Positions 12,812 through 25,734 of a stretch of DNA of 64,000 nt are shown one piece after another (position 1 is the first letter of the stretch; each line of letters begins with the position of its first letter). The stretch comes from Prorocentrum cordatum (lineage: Eukaryota): assembly GCA_963575745.1 (NCBI GenBank), contig CAUYUJ010000001.1, positions 1,240,001 to 1,304,000 of the forward strand. Reading direction: 5' to 3'. The position numbers and the translations under genes were made by a program. Under the pieces are notes generated by a model. That model worked only from the letters and a program-made list of their open reading frames with translations. It did no database searches and was not told where the DNA came from.

Positions 12812-13379
12812 GATGCTGGAAATTCATATTTTGAAAGGGGCCTGACAGTGCTCAGGGTGTCTAGTTGGGGAAGCAGCGCCTATATAGGCTGGCGCGCTGC
12901 TGCTACCAAGTCAAGTAGTGCGTGCTATCACCCTTCGCTTGCCGTTCGCACACTCCGAGCTTGCTCAACGCCCGGCGGCATCGCACATGCGAAAGACTTG
13001 CGAGGGCTTTGCGAGGATGTAAGGGAGGAGGAGGAAGAGGAGGAGGAGGCGAGGCAGAGGAAGGGGATGAGGAGGGGGAGGAGGGGGCGATGAAGATGAG
13101 GAGGGGATGTGCACATCGATATTTCACGTGCGTGCTTCGGTGGGAGCGCGGGCAAGCCGCTGTGGGAGGGCGGGCGGGCGGCTGTCATTGCAAACGGAGG
13201 GCGGGCAGGCGGGCCAGATCAGCATCCTGAGATTCCTCGAAGGCTTGGAAAAACAAGGGTCATCAGTCGGGTCCTGCGCCGATGCTAGCACATGTGCCTG
13301 AAGCAATCGTTGTATTTCAAATCGTGAGGCCTCTTGGACTAAGTACGCATAGCGTGGCATAGCGTGGCATAGCGTAGAA

Positions 13380-15750
13380 TATCTCAGTCGGCCTCGTTAA
13401 AAAGACCCAGGAATGTTTCAATTCAGTGTTTGATCTCCCTAAATAATGTTGCATACGTCTGTCGGCCCCCATAAAGAGCCCCAGGAATTGTTCGGCCTCC
13501 TTAAAGAGCTCCAAGACTGATTCACTTCAGCTTTTGAATGTCTGTCGGCCTCCTAAAATAACCTCCAGGACTGTTTCGATTTAGTTCCCAACCATCCTGT
13601 GGTGTTGGGCTTTCGTTTTGAAGAGACGGCCCCCGCGTTCCTCCTCTTCTCCTCCTCTTCCCCCTCCTCCCTCCTCCCATCAGCATCATCATCATCATCA
13701 TCGTCATCATCATCATCATCGTCATCAGCATCATCAGCATCATCACCATCATCACCATCATCATCATCATCATCATCGTCATCACCCACCATCATCGTCA
13801 TCACCACCATCATCGTCACACCTCTCACACGTTTCGTGGCCCCGTAGGGAGCTCCACCGAAGGCCCCAGTGCTGCCGCCCGCATGCGTCAGCCACACCCA
13901 ATTCGGCATACCCCTCACACGCTTCGTGGCACCATAGGGAGCTCCACCGAAAGCACCAGAGCTGCCGCCCGCATGCGTCAGCCACACCCAGTTCGGCACA
14001 CCCCTCACACGCGTTTCGTGGCCCCATAAGGAGCCCCACCAAAGGCCCCAGCGCCGCCGCCCGCATGCGTCAGCCACGCTCAATTCGGCACACCCCTCAC
14101 ACGTTTCGTGGCCCCATATGGAGCTCCACCGAAGGCCCCAGTGCTGCCGCCCGCATGCGTCAGCCACACCCAATTCGCGCACACCCCTCACACGCTTCGT
14201 GGCCCCATAGGGAGCTCCACCGAAGGCCCCAGCGCTGCCGCCCGCATGCGTCAGCCACACCCAATTCGGCACACCCCTCACACGTTTCGTGGCCCCATAG
14301 GGAGCTCCACCGAAAGCCCCAGCGCCGCCGCCCGCATGCGCCAGCCACACCCAATTCGACACACCCCTCACACGCTTTCGCGGCCCCATAGGGAGCTCCA
14401 CCGAAGGCCCCAGCGCTGCCGCCCGCGTGCGTCAGCCACACCCAGTTCGGCACACCCCTCACACGTTCCGTGGCCCCAGAGGGAGCTCCACCAAAGGCCC
14501 CAGTGCCGCCGCCCGCATGCGTCACCCACACCCAGTTCGGCCCCTCACACGCTTCGTGGCCTCATAGGGAGCTCCACCGAAGGCCCCAGTGCCGCCGCCC
14601 GCATGCGTCAGCCACACCCAATTCGGCATACCCCTCACACGCTTCGTGGCCCCATAGGGAGCTCCACCGAAGGCCCCAGTGCTGCCGCCCGCATGCGTCA
14701 GCCACACCCAATTCGGCACACCCCTCACACGCGTTCGTGGCCCCATAGGGAGCTCCACCGAAGGCAGCAGTGCCGCAGCCCGCATGCGTCAGCCACATCC
14801 AATTCGGCACACCCCTCACACGTTTCGTGGCCCCAGCCCGCATGCGTCAGCCACGCCAACTTCGGCACACCCCTCACACGGTTCGTGGCCCCTCCACCTA
14901 AGGCCCCAATGCCACCGCTCGCATGCGTCCGCACACCCATTTCGGCACCCCCACCAAACACAGCGTTTCGTGGCCCCACAGGGACCTCCACCTAAGGCTC
15001 CAGTGGTGCCGCCCGCATGCGTCACCCCCACGCCAGCACAGCATGTCGTGGCTCCATAGGGAGCCCCACCTAAGGCCCCAGTGGTGCCGCCCGCATGCGC
15101 CACCCCCACCCAGCACAGCGCTTCGTGGCCCCACGGGGAGCCCCACCGACGGCCCCAGTGGTGCCGCCCGCATGCGCCACCCCCGCCCAGCACAGCGTTT
15201 CGTGGCCCCACAGGGACCTCCACCGAAGGCCCCAGCGGTGCCGCCCGCATGCGTCACCCCCCACCCAGCACAGCGCGTCGTGGCCCCACAGGGAGCTCCA
15301 CCGAAAGCGGCACCCACAATGCGATATTCACAACTGCACATGGTTGGGTCCTTCGCCAGGATAAGTTTTGGAATTCTGTCGGCCTCCTTAAAGAACTCCA
15401 GCATTTGTTCAACTCAGTTTTGGATTTATGTCGGCCTCCTTAAAGGGCTCCAGGGTTTGGGAGTTCTGTCGGCCTCGTTAAAGAACACCAGTATGTTTTC
15501 AATCCAATGTTGGACTTCTGTCGGCCTCCTTAGCGAGCGCCAAGATTTATCAACTCAGTTTTAGATTTATGTCGGCCTCCTGAAAGAGCTCCAGCATTGT
15601 TCAATTCAGTTTTCGATTTCTGTTAGCCTCCCTAAAGAGCTCCAGCATTTGTTCAACACAGTTTTGGATTTCTGTCGGCCTCCTTAAAGAGGTACAATAA
15701 TTTCAAACTCAGTTTTCGATGTTTGTCGGCCTCCTTGAAGAGCTCCATGA
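13380..15750. repeat. Degenerate ~50-bp tandem repeat (TCTGTCGGCCTCCTTAAAGAGCTCCAG…) split by a satellite element
   Basis: Units at 13380-13575 and 15370-15750 on both sides of the 13585-15362 insertion. Confidence 0.8.
13585..15362 (+). mobile_element. Non-autonomous satellite-bearing element, copy 1
   Basis: Head TTCCCAACCATCCTGTGGTGTTGGG…TTTTGAAGAGACGG, a microsatellite, ~90-bp tandem units (GGGAGCTCCACCGAAGGCCCCAG…CGCATGCGTCAGCCACACCC…) and tail ATGGTTGGGTCCTTCGCCAGGAT. Confidence 0.8.
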
Positions 15751-15762
15751 TTTTTACATGTA

Positions 15763-16271
15763 TTCCCGACCATCCTGTGGTGTTGGGTCCTCGTTTTGAA
15801 GAGACGGTGCCCCGTGTTCCTCTCCTCTCCTCTCCTCTCCTCCTCTTCCCCCTCCTCCCTCGTGCCCGCGCCCGCATGCGTCAGCCACATCCATTTCGAC
15901 ACACCCCTCACACGCTTCGTGGCTCCATAGGGAGCTCCACCGAAGGCCCCAGTGCTGCCGCCCGCATGCGTCAGCCACACCCAATTCGGCACACCCCTCA
16001 CACGCTTCGTGGCTCCATAGGGAGCTCCACCAAAGGCCCCAGAGCCCGCGCCCGCATGCGTCACCCACACCCATGTCGGCACACCCCTCACACGTTTCGT
16101 GGCTCCATAGGGAGCTCCACCGAAGGTCCCAATGGGTGTGCCCGCATGCGTCCCGCACACCCATTTCGACGCACCCCTCGTACTTTTCGTGGCCCCGTAG
16201 GGGGCTCCACCGAGAAGATGTTCACGATTGCAGTATTCACAATTGCATATGGTTGGGTCCTTCGCCACGAT
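15763..16271 (+). mobile_element. Non-autonomous satellite-bearing element, copy 2
   Basis: Same head, 90-bp units and tail as copy 1. Confidence 0.8.
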
Positions 16272-16329
16272 ATTGTTGTGAAAAAAGTACAGAAACAAAA
16301 ACAACGATACTTTCAAAATCAGTTGTTTG

Positions 16330-16865
16330 CAATGTTAACGTCAAAATCAATTTTTTGTCGCCTTAGGGTTGCCGCTAGAGTTCTGAGGCCAACATGTGGG
16401 TTTTTGAAAATGCTCAAGAAAACGCCATGTTAACTTCCAAATCAATTTTTTTCCTTCGGGTTGCCGCTGGAGTTCTGAGGCCAACATGTGGGTTTCTGAA
16501 CATGCCCAAGAAAACGCCATGTTAACTTCAAAATCAAAATTTTCGCCTTAAGGTTGCCGCTGGAGTTCTGAGGCCAACATGTGGGTTTTGAACATGCTCA
16601 AGAAAACGCCATGTTAACTTCAAAATCATTTTTTTCCTTAGGGTTGCCGCTAGAGTTCTGAGGCCAACATGTGGGTTTTTGAAAATGCTCAAGAACACGC
16701 CATGTTAACTTCAAAATCAAAATTTTCGCCTTAAGGTTGCCGCTGGAGTTCTGAGGCCAACATGTGGGTTTTTGAAAATGCTCAAGAAAACGCCATGTTA
16801 ACTTCAAAATCAATTTTTTGTCCTTAGGGTTGCCGCTAGAGTTCTGAGGGAACACATGCGGGGTT
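16330..16865. repeat. AT-rich ~92-bp tandem repeat (~6 units)
   Basis: Recurring AAACGCCATGTTAACTTCAAAATCAA…GGTTGCCGCT(A/G)GAGTTCTGAGGCCAACATGTGGG. Confidence 0.9.
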
Positions 16866-16883
16866 TTGAATTCCATCGACTAT

Positions 16884-17030
16884 GGCATAGCGTGGAATAG
16901 CGTGGAATATCGTGGAATATCGTGGAATCCCGTGGAATCCCGTGGAATTCCGTGGAATTCCGTGGAATCCCGTGGAATCCCGTGGAATCCCGTGGAATCC
17001 CGTGGAATCCCGTGGAATCCCATGGAATCC
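16884..17030. repeat. 10-bp minisatellite (CGTGGAATCC)n
   Basis: Directly visible. Confidence 0.95.
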
Positions 17031-18124
17031 GATATAATCCCTTAGGAAATACATACTCCCTCCTCCTCTACATACAAAACGACTCGAAAACCAAATCAGT
17101 ACTCCAGAACTCAGCGTCGAATTCGCCATGTCGAGCCCACCTGTCTCATACTCGCTGTCCTGCGGACCTCTCTCACTTCACGTTTCTCAGCCCCGCTTCT
17201 AGTGTGTGTCCTGGTCTGGCCCAGAAATCCCGTTGGCGCCCTCAGGAGGGGATGATGATGAGGAAGAATTGTATGCCTAGCTGCTTGTCTGCCTACCTGT
17301 TTCTCCGCTCCGCAGGTGCCTCGGACGACGAAGACCGATCTCGTTCACCGGACCGAGGCTCCGTGCCGCCAGCGCGCGCTTGCACGGAGGCAGTTGGCGA
17401 GGATATGCATATGAGGAGGAGGATGGGACGGATGAGAATGATGAAGAGGAAGGCGAGGATGATGATGAGGGACAGACGAGGAGGATGAGGGGGCGGATTA
17501 GGAGGACGAAGGGAGGAGGACGATGACCAGCATGAGGGGTGAGAACATATGGAGGCCCAGAGAATCAGCAAGAAGAGTATGAGGAACAGAGAGATGACTA
17601 TAAGCAGAAAGAGGAGGTGCCTGTAACAAAGCAAACGCCACAGCTAGCATGTTCAAGCCACTTGGAGGGGGGGCCGACGCAACCCCTGAATGACCCCAAG
17701 AGGCTCCCGTGAGGACCCCGCGAGAGATCCAAGATGCTCCGACGAGCTTTCCAGGGCCCGTAAACGCCTCAGGCTACGAATGGTTCGTCGCAGCCTCTAG
17801 GGGCCGCTGTCGCATTTTATGTTGTCTTCCTTGGATGTCATGGGGCATGACAAACATAAAAGATCAGGGGGGCCGCCGCTCCGCATCTGGAGGTCGATGT
17901 TGACCCAGAGAAAATAAGTTCGGTCGTGTAGCTAACCCTGTGGGGGGCAAGGTGCGTGGCCTCTTGAGGCCACTGTCGACAAACACTTTCGGGTGAACCT
18001 GGTGCGACTCGCGGCCTCCAAGGCCGCCGCTCGCTTTCGTTACTTTTTTTTTCCTGAAAGACCCTCCTGGACCTCCTACCCCTGTCATCTGACCGCCGCC
18101 TCCTTAGCCGTTTTGGCTCCAATA

Positions 18125-21100
18125 ATGTTAAATCCAGATTCAAACGCCCCTGCTACTCGCGCAGAGATGGCCGCGTCCAAGGTGCCGTCGCATGAGATCA
18201 TGCTGGTGGATCAGGCTTCGGGCGACGCGTTCGAGCTGGAACTGCTGGAGACTGAGACGGTGGGAGACCTTCAAGAGAACATCAAAAAAGAGCTCGCGCA
18301 GGATGAGCTGCCTCTGATTTTCTTCCCCCACTCCAATGGGAAACCGCACACCAAGAAGGGCAGCAAGGTGATCGCCACGTTCAAGCCTGATTGCACTGAA
18401 CGGGCCATCATCTTCAAGCTGGCAAAGCCGCCCGACTGGAAGTTCGAGAAGATGCCTCACATGACCGCCCATGGAGTCCTTCTGGAGCAGCAGGTCAAGA
18501 TCGAGCAGGAGGCGACCCAAGCGTCCGCTGCTGCTGTTCCTGGGCCCGTCGTCGCTGCTGAGGGGGCCGCTCCTCAGGCGGCCGCTCCTGGGCCAGTCGC
18601 AGCCGCCACTCCTGAGGAGGCCGCTCCAGCTGAGGCCGCTCCAGCTGAGGGAGCTCCAGCTGAGGAGGCCGCCCCAGCTGAGGAGGCTACTCCTGAGATG
18701 GCCCCTCCTGCAGCCGCGGCCGCTCCTGTGCCCGCTGCCCCTGACGCGATCGCTCCAGCTGAGGAGGCTACTCCTGAGATGGCCCCTCCTGCAGCCGCGG
18801 GCGCTCCTGTGCCCGCTGCCCCTGACGCGATCGCTCCAGCGGTGACGGCCACTCCTACAGGAGCTACTGTGGATGCGCGCGCGGAGGACACGTTGCCGGA
18901 CGTCTTGGCCACGCCTGCGTCTCCAGCGGCGACCGAACCTGAGGAAACGCTCCCTGTCGACATCCCTGTGCAGATCCCTGCCCAAGACCCACAGCCTGCC
19001 ACGACACCTGCCGAGGACGACGACACCGAAGCGTTCTGCTACGAGGACCCCTACGCCTCCGAGCACAGCGACGGCGCGCACATGGACGACTCCCAGCTCG
19101 TGGGCGACAGCGACGTCGAGATGGACGACGCTGAGTTCCAGGACGCCTTCTTGCGTGTCTCCCTGCTGCAGGCTGCTAGCGCCACGCCCCCCGTGCTGGC
19201 GTCACCGGCGCTCAAGCCTCCCGCGGATGAGACCCCGAGCACGGAGATGATCGAGCCCGCGTCCACAGCCGCGGGGACCCCGACCAAGCAGCTGATCGTA
19301 CACGAGCCCGTGTCCACAACCAGGGAGCCTCCTCAGAAGCGGATGCGCGCCGCGTTCGCTGGGACCGATCAGGCAGCGGCTGCAGTACTGGCGAAAGTAG
19401 GCGTGACGGACCTCGCCGTGTACCAGCCCCCCACGGCAGAGGACGAGGCCAAGGCTGAGAGGAAGAGGGAGCTCGCCAGGCTGGGCAGGGCGGTCCAGGC
19501 TGCACCTCCAGAAGTGCATTGGGGATCCAAACCACTATCCACCCCTCCTCCGCCTCCTCCTTTCCGTGATCCTCCTCCTCCTCAATATCCACCTCCTCCT
19601 CCTCAGGAGGAGGAGGAGGAAGAGGATGGAGGAGGAGGAGGAGGAGGAGGAGGAGGAGGAGAAGGAGGAGGAGGAGGAGGAGGAGGAGGAGGAGGAGGTG
19701 CAGCAGCAGCAGCAACAACAGCCAGCGGGATGCTCGAAGGTCGCCCGCCTCCCTCCCTCCCTCCCTCCCCCCCTCACTCCTCCCTCCTCCTCCTCCTCCT
19801 CCCTCCTCCCTCCTCCCTCCTCCCTCCTCCCTCATCCCTCCTCCCTCCTCCTCCCTCCTCCCTCCTCCTCCCTTCCTCCCTCCTCCCTCCTCCCTCCTCC
19901 TCCCTCCTCCCTCCCTCCTCCTCCCTCCTCCTCGTCCTCCCTCCTCCTCCGCCTCTTCCTCCTCAACCTCATCCTCCTTTGTTCCCAACCATCCTGTGGT
20001 GTTGGGTCCTCGTTTTGAAGAGACGGTGCCCCGCGTTCCTCTCCTCTCCTCTCCTCTCCTCTCCTCCTCTTCCCCCTCCTCCCTCGTGCCCGCGCCCGCA
20101 TGCGTCATGCGTCACCACACCCATTTCGGCACACCCCTCACACGTTTCGTGGCTCCATAGGGAGCTCCGCCGAAGGCCCCAGTGCCCGCGCCCGCATGCG
20201 TCACCCACACCCATTTCGGCACACCCCTCACACGTTTCGTGGCTCCATAGGGAGCTCCACCGAAGGCCCCAGTGCCCGCGCCCGCATGCGTCACCCACAC
20301 CCATTTCGGCACACCCCTCACACGTTTCGTGGCTCCATAGGGAGCTCCACCGAAGGCCCCAGTGCCCGCGCCCGCATGCGTCACCCACACCCATTTCGGC
20401 ACACCCCTCACACGTTTCGTGGCCCATAGGGAGCTCCACCGAAGGCCCCAGTGCCCGCGCCCGCATGCGTCAGCCACACCCATTTCGGCACACCCCTCAC
20501 GCGTTCCGTGGCCCCATAGGGAGCTCCGCCGAAGATCCCAGTGGGTGTGCCCGCATGCGTCCCGCACACCCATTTCGGCACACCCCTCACACGCTTCGTG
20601 GCCCCATAGGGAGCTCCACCGAAGGCCCCAGCGGGTGTGCCCGCATGCGTCCCGCACACCCATTTCGACACATCCCTCGTACGTTTCGTGGCCCCGTAGG
20701 GGGCTCCACCGAGAAGATATTCACGATTGCAGTATTCACAATTGCATATGGCTGGGTCCTTCGCCAGGATATGTTTTGGCGTTGCTCTTCTTATCCCCCA
20801 AGGTGGTTGCCAAGTACTTTCGCGAGAGGCGGAACCAGAGGCTCCTCGGCTGCTTCCTGGAGATGTGGAAGGAAGATCCCAGCTGGGGTTCTTTGCAGGT
20901 GCGCGAGAGCAAGCGGATCGCGCATCTCCAGACTCAGACTCGGAGGTACAGGTGGATGATGGAGTGTCAGCTGCTCAAGGAGTTCCCAGACGAGGAGTAC
21001 GTGCATCATTTGATGAAGAGCAAGCTGGCTACGAAAGGTATGCACAAGCCCAACCCCGAGGCCCCGAAAGAACCCAAATGGTCCCTTGTCAAAATCTTCG

Positions 21101-21765
21101 AGGACGAGATGACGGACACCAAGCAGCAGATCGCTGAAACGGCATGGGAACTCGACATCCCCGTGGGTGTTCATAGCAAGGAGCAGGCTGGCATTGTCGC
21201 CGCGGGGATGAAGCACCTTGTCTTGGAGAGCACCGAGACGTGCAATCCAGAGGACTGGGCGGAGGAAGAGCCTGCAGGTGATGACGGCTCTCATGCTGAG
21301 GGCACGGGCAAGGGGAAGGGCAAGGACAACGACCGCAGGAAGCGCCGCCGTGGGCACGACGAGGGCGGCGCAGGGACTACGCCCACCGCCAGGCCTACCA
21401 AGGGCAAGGGCAAGGGCAAGGGCAAGCCGACCCTGAAGAACAGCGACGGCAACCTGGACGAGAAGGCGGCGCTTGCATTCATCAAGAAGCTTGCCGGAGA
21501 TATCGCTGAGGCCGACGCGAACGCAGCGAAGGCCAAGGGGATCAAGGTCATTGGCATGGAGATCTCCAAAGCTACCGAGGAGAGCGCTGAGAATCTCAAA
21601 TCAATGAGGGAGGATATGAGCAAGCAGGTTGGCGCTGGTGACCACGTGGCTTTCTTCGCTACCTACGAGAAAGCGAAGGGCCTTGTGACCGAGTACTACA
21701 CTAACCTTGGGCTGGTGGTCAAGAACACTCCGAAGAAGCCCAAGGTAGAGTCCAAGACGGACTGA
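18125..21765 (+). CDS. Two-exon gene (18125-19513, 20803-21765): ubiquitin-like N-terminus, Ala/Pro/Glu-rich linker, globular domain and Lys-rich coiled C-terminus (transposon cargo)
   Basis: GT donor at 19514 and AG acceptor at 20801-20802 join …RAVQAAPPE to VVAKYFRERR… in phase 0. FELELLETETVGDLQENIKKEL resembles a ubiquitin-fold signature. GC3-rich codon usage. Stop at 21763-21765. Confidence 0.78.
19982..20771 (+). mobile_element. Non-autonomous satellite-bearing element, copy 3 (inside the intron of 18125-21765)
   Basis: Same head and tail. Near-identical 90-bp units (ACACCCCTCA at 20131, 20221, 20311, 20401). Confidence 0.85.
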
Positions 21766-23174
21766 TCAACTGGTGATTCTTGGGTTCTGGGAAGGCGAGC
21801 GCATCCCGCTGGGTCCTGCGGCACATGCACGGGGAGTGTGAATGTTGCGAGCAGGAATGCACTTGGATGTCAGCGCCAAAGCACTTGCAATTTACCACGA
21901 GGATGTTTGCTGCGAAGCAAAATCGTTACCCTTCTTCAGTCTCGTCCTCCTCCATCTTCGCCCCCTCCACGCCCTATGTGTGATTCCCTTCCTCCTCCTG
22001 TCCTCTATCCTGCTCCCTCTCGTTCAACCCGCCATCTTGCTACACGCACCTTCCTCCTGCCCTTCCTGAGGCCGCCGCATCCTGGAACATCGCGCTTTCT
22101 ATAAACATGCTGGTCCTCGGAACCATTCGACTCGAGTCGGGAGCTCAGAGGCCCCCCCCGGCCTCATACGAAGAAGGAGCAGGCGGAGGAGGATAAGGAG
22201 GAGGAGGAGGAGGAGGAGGACGAGGAGGAGGAGGAGGAGGAGGAGCATGAGGATGAGGAGTGGGAGGGGGATGGAGGAGGAGGAGGAGGAGGAGGAGGAG
22301 GAAGAGGAGGGGAGGAGGAGGAGGAGGAGGAGGAGGAGGAGGAGGCGGAAAGGGGGAGGAGGAGTAGGAGGAGGAGAGAGGAGGAGGAGGAGGAGGAGGA
22401 GGAAGGAGAGGGAGGAGGAGGAGGAGGAAGAGGAGGATGATGAGGATGAGGAGGAGGAGGAAGAGGAGGAAGAGGATGAGGATAGCAGATTCCTGCTGCC
22501 CCCCCATTTCGTGAGGCCGTTGCGTCCTTGATCAATCCGTTTTCGACGACCTCCCAGGGCCTTCGAGGGAAGAGCAGCATGAGGACGAGTATGGCAGGAG
22601 GAAAAGAGAGGATGGAGGATGAGGATGAGGAGCAGGAGCAACAGGAGGAAGGATGAGGAAGGAGGAGGAAGGAGGAGGAAGGAGGAGGAGGAGAAAGAGG
22701 AGGAGGAGGAGGAGGAGGAGGAGGAGGAGGAGGAGGAGCTGCAGCAGCAGCAGCAGCCAGCGGGATGCTCGAAGGTCGCCCGCCTCCCTCCCTCCCTCCC
22801 TCCCCCCCTCACTCCTCCCTCCTCCTCCTCCTCCTCCCCGGCGGCATCGCACAGTCAGTGAAAGACTTGAGAGGGCTTTGCGAGGATGTAAGGGAGGAGG
22901 AGGAGGAGGAGGAGGAGGAGGAAGAGGAGGAGGAGGAGTAAGACGATGTCACAACGATAGCGGAGAGAACTGCCGCGCCCCCGCAGATGCACCTGTACCC
23001 GAGCTTCAACAACACTTCCTTTTTCGCGGACCAGGGAAATGCCGTGCTGCTGGTTCGAAGCGAGGGCCCAAGCCTCGCAAGTTGTCTTTGCGAGAATGTC
23101 CTGTTGCCAAGGACTGCACGATGGAGTGAACGCTGAAACCTTCAGACCAGAGGCGTAGCACTTGCCCGACGCAT

Positions 23175-24977
23175 ATGCCCCCAGTCGAGCTTGGGGCATC
23201 ATGGGCGGGTGCTGCGCTTCAGGGCTATCGGATTCAACGTTCGCCCATATGCCATTTCCAGGAAATCTATTTCGACTATCTCAAGGGCGTCTAGTCTGCA
23301 GAGACTGTTCGGAAGCACGCATACGCAAATGTGCTTAAGTATGGTGAGGCTGCTGCTGGCCCGAGTCTAGTTGCTCTTTCTAAGTTAGGAGACTCTGGAA
23401 AATATATTGGAAATGTAGAGCGAGATCTTCACAAACTTGAGATCCCAGAGGATGAGGTGGTGCCCGTTCCAGAACCCTTCTTTATCACATTGACTGCCAA
23501 GCATCCGAGCAAATTGGGGGCAACAGAAATCGAGCTGCCTGCATTGATGCCGCATGAATGGCTGGCCGCAATACACGCAGGAGGACAAAAGCTGTTCGAA
23601 TACATTTTGGTTGACAGCCAACTCTCTCTTGAAGAATACTGGGCGCACGAGTCGACATTCCCCCATCATTTGCAACATCCTGATTGCAGCAGTGGTAATT
23701 TCAGACGCTCTATACCCTGTATTTTCCATGGGGACGACGCGGGTGCGTTCAAGAAAGAGAAGTGTTTGCTTGTTCAGTTCAGAAGCTTTCTTTGCGATAA
23801 CACAACGATAGACAGCAATCTCATCATTGCAATCTTACCCTACACCTTGATTCTTGACACCGTGACGCTGCCACAACTGTATACGTGGATTGCTTGGTCA
23901 TTTGTGTGGGCAGGCAGGGGGGTGCATCCTTCGATGGACCCGTTCGGTAATGAGTTGACAGGTTGGCGAAAACAAGCAGGTGACAAACGAACTCCTCTTG
24001 CTGATGGGTGGAAACTTGCTTTCGGAATGCAGACTGGGGATTGGAAATGGTTGAAGGAAACGTTTGGTTTCCGGGCGTACGGTCACGAGAAATGTTGCCA
24101 TCGTTGCATTGCCAGTAAGAGCGACCCAGCAACCATCTACACGGATCACAGTCCGACTGCAGGATGGCGTGGGCATCGAGTGACAGATGCTGAATACAAG
24201 CGTGAGGTTGCAAATAATCAAAAGCTCAATGCCATGGTGACGGTCCCTGGATGGGTTCTTGAAAAAGTGTGGGTGGATGAATTGCATGCTGCGTCGCAGG
24301 GGCACGGCTCGCGTGCAGTAGCGAATATCTTAGTGTTTCTTTGCGAAGAAGAATATTATGGATCAGGGGGCATGTCTTTGAGGTTTGCGTCAATGTACGA
24401 CGACTATCGGAAATGGTGCAAATCAACTGGCAAAAATAGCTGGTGCGAGAAATTCAATGAAAATACGCTTGGCTACAGAGCAAAATTCATAGTCCTGGCG
24501 TCCAAAGCAGCTGACTGCCGGGACGCTGCCACGTACGCTTGGGAGTCCTGTCGAAAATACTTGCATGACAAAGAAGATGACAAAAGTAAACACGTGTACA
24601 GTGTTGCCTGGGGATTGTGCAGATTTCATCAGTTGTGTAAAACTAGTGGTAAGTACCCTACTCAGAACGAATGCGATTCTATGGTAAGAGCTGTGCGTGC
24701 AACACTTTTGAATTTCAATGCGATGAGATTGCTACATCCTGATTCTCGGTACTGGAAGCCGAAACCGAAAGATCATCAGTATTTGCATCTGGGAGAGGAT
24801 TTCGTTGCCGTGTTCAGAATAAACCCTCGCTTCTTGGCTTGCTACAAGGAGGAGGATAACATCAGAATTTTCAAATCTATGGTACGACATCTGCAGAGGG
24901 TAACTTTGTGCATTCGTTTCATTGTGCACTATAGGGCGGCGCTCGAGGGGGCGGGAGGATGGAGATGGTTTCTTTGA
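23175..24977 (+). CDS. CMC (CACTA/Mirage/Chapaev)/Plavaka-like DDE transposase, intronless, with one in-frame TAG at 23292-23294
   Basis: 548-aa ORF with FHGDDAG (D1), TGDWKW (D2), CHRC [C(2)C], VDELH [LH], PKDHQYLH [H(3)H] and YKEED (E), matching the CMC-type DDE signature order. The frame is open upstream to ATG 23175 except for one TAG. Confidence 0.8.
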
Positions 24978-25734
24978 AAGCTGGGCACCTTTCGCGTCCG
25001 CCCGAAGGTGCCCAGCTTTCTTCTATAAGAAACCCTTCCTCTCCTCCCCCATCCTCGACGCGCCGCCGAACATGTTCAGCGCATTGCTTTTCGATGGGCG
25101 GACATTCGCCGAACGCTTTGACAGGGGTCATGTTTGGAAAAAACAAATCCCCAACACCAGAATCTGGAGGCCACCAGAATCTTGGAATCTGAGAGAGTCT
25201 CCGGGAGGCTTCGAGGTGAGGCAAGCGTGGGCCCCAACCAGTGAATTAAGGGAGAACGCCTTTGCAAGAGGGGCAGGTAATTCAAAGTGCAACCACTGCT
25301 TGGAGAATTTCTTACAAGCTCTGATTTGCCTCCTCCTCCTCCTCCTCCTCCTCTTCCTCCTCCTCCTCCTCCTCCTCCTTCTCCTCCTCCTCCTCCTCCT
25401 CCTCCTCCATCCTCCCTCCTCCCTCCTCCCTCCTCTTCTCCTTTTTCCTCAATCCTCCATCTTCCCTCCTCCCCCTCAACCTCCTCCTTCTCCTCCTCCT
25501 CTGGTTCCTCCTATTCCTCCATTTCCTCCTCCTCCTCCATTTCCTCCTCCTCTTCCTCCTCCTCTGTTTCCAAGTGCCACGCAGTACCTACCGTGACGGT
25601 CTTGTCTGAAGATGTCTTGCGACCAAGTTGCGGGTGGGAGGGTGGGATGTTTGCACGAGCAGTGGAGAGGACAGTGGAGAGGACAGCTCCAAGACAGTCG
25701 AAGTGGGTTTCCTCCTCTTACTCCTTTAGGAGCA

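Noticed and set aside
13820..15310. CRISPR-like array
   Set aside because: The units are whole tandem repeats with no unique spacers, there are no cas genes, and the context is eukaryotic.
17993..20959. 988-aa ORF as a single protein
   Set aside because: It reads through an intron (19514-20802) made of microsatellite and a satellite cassette. The spliced model is far more coherent.
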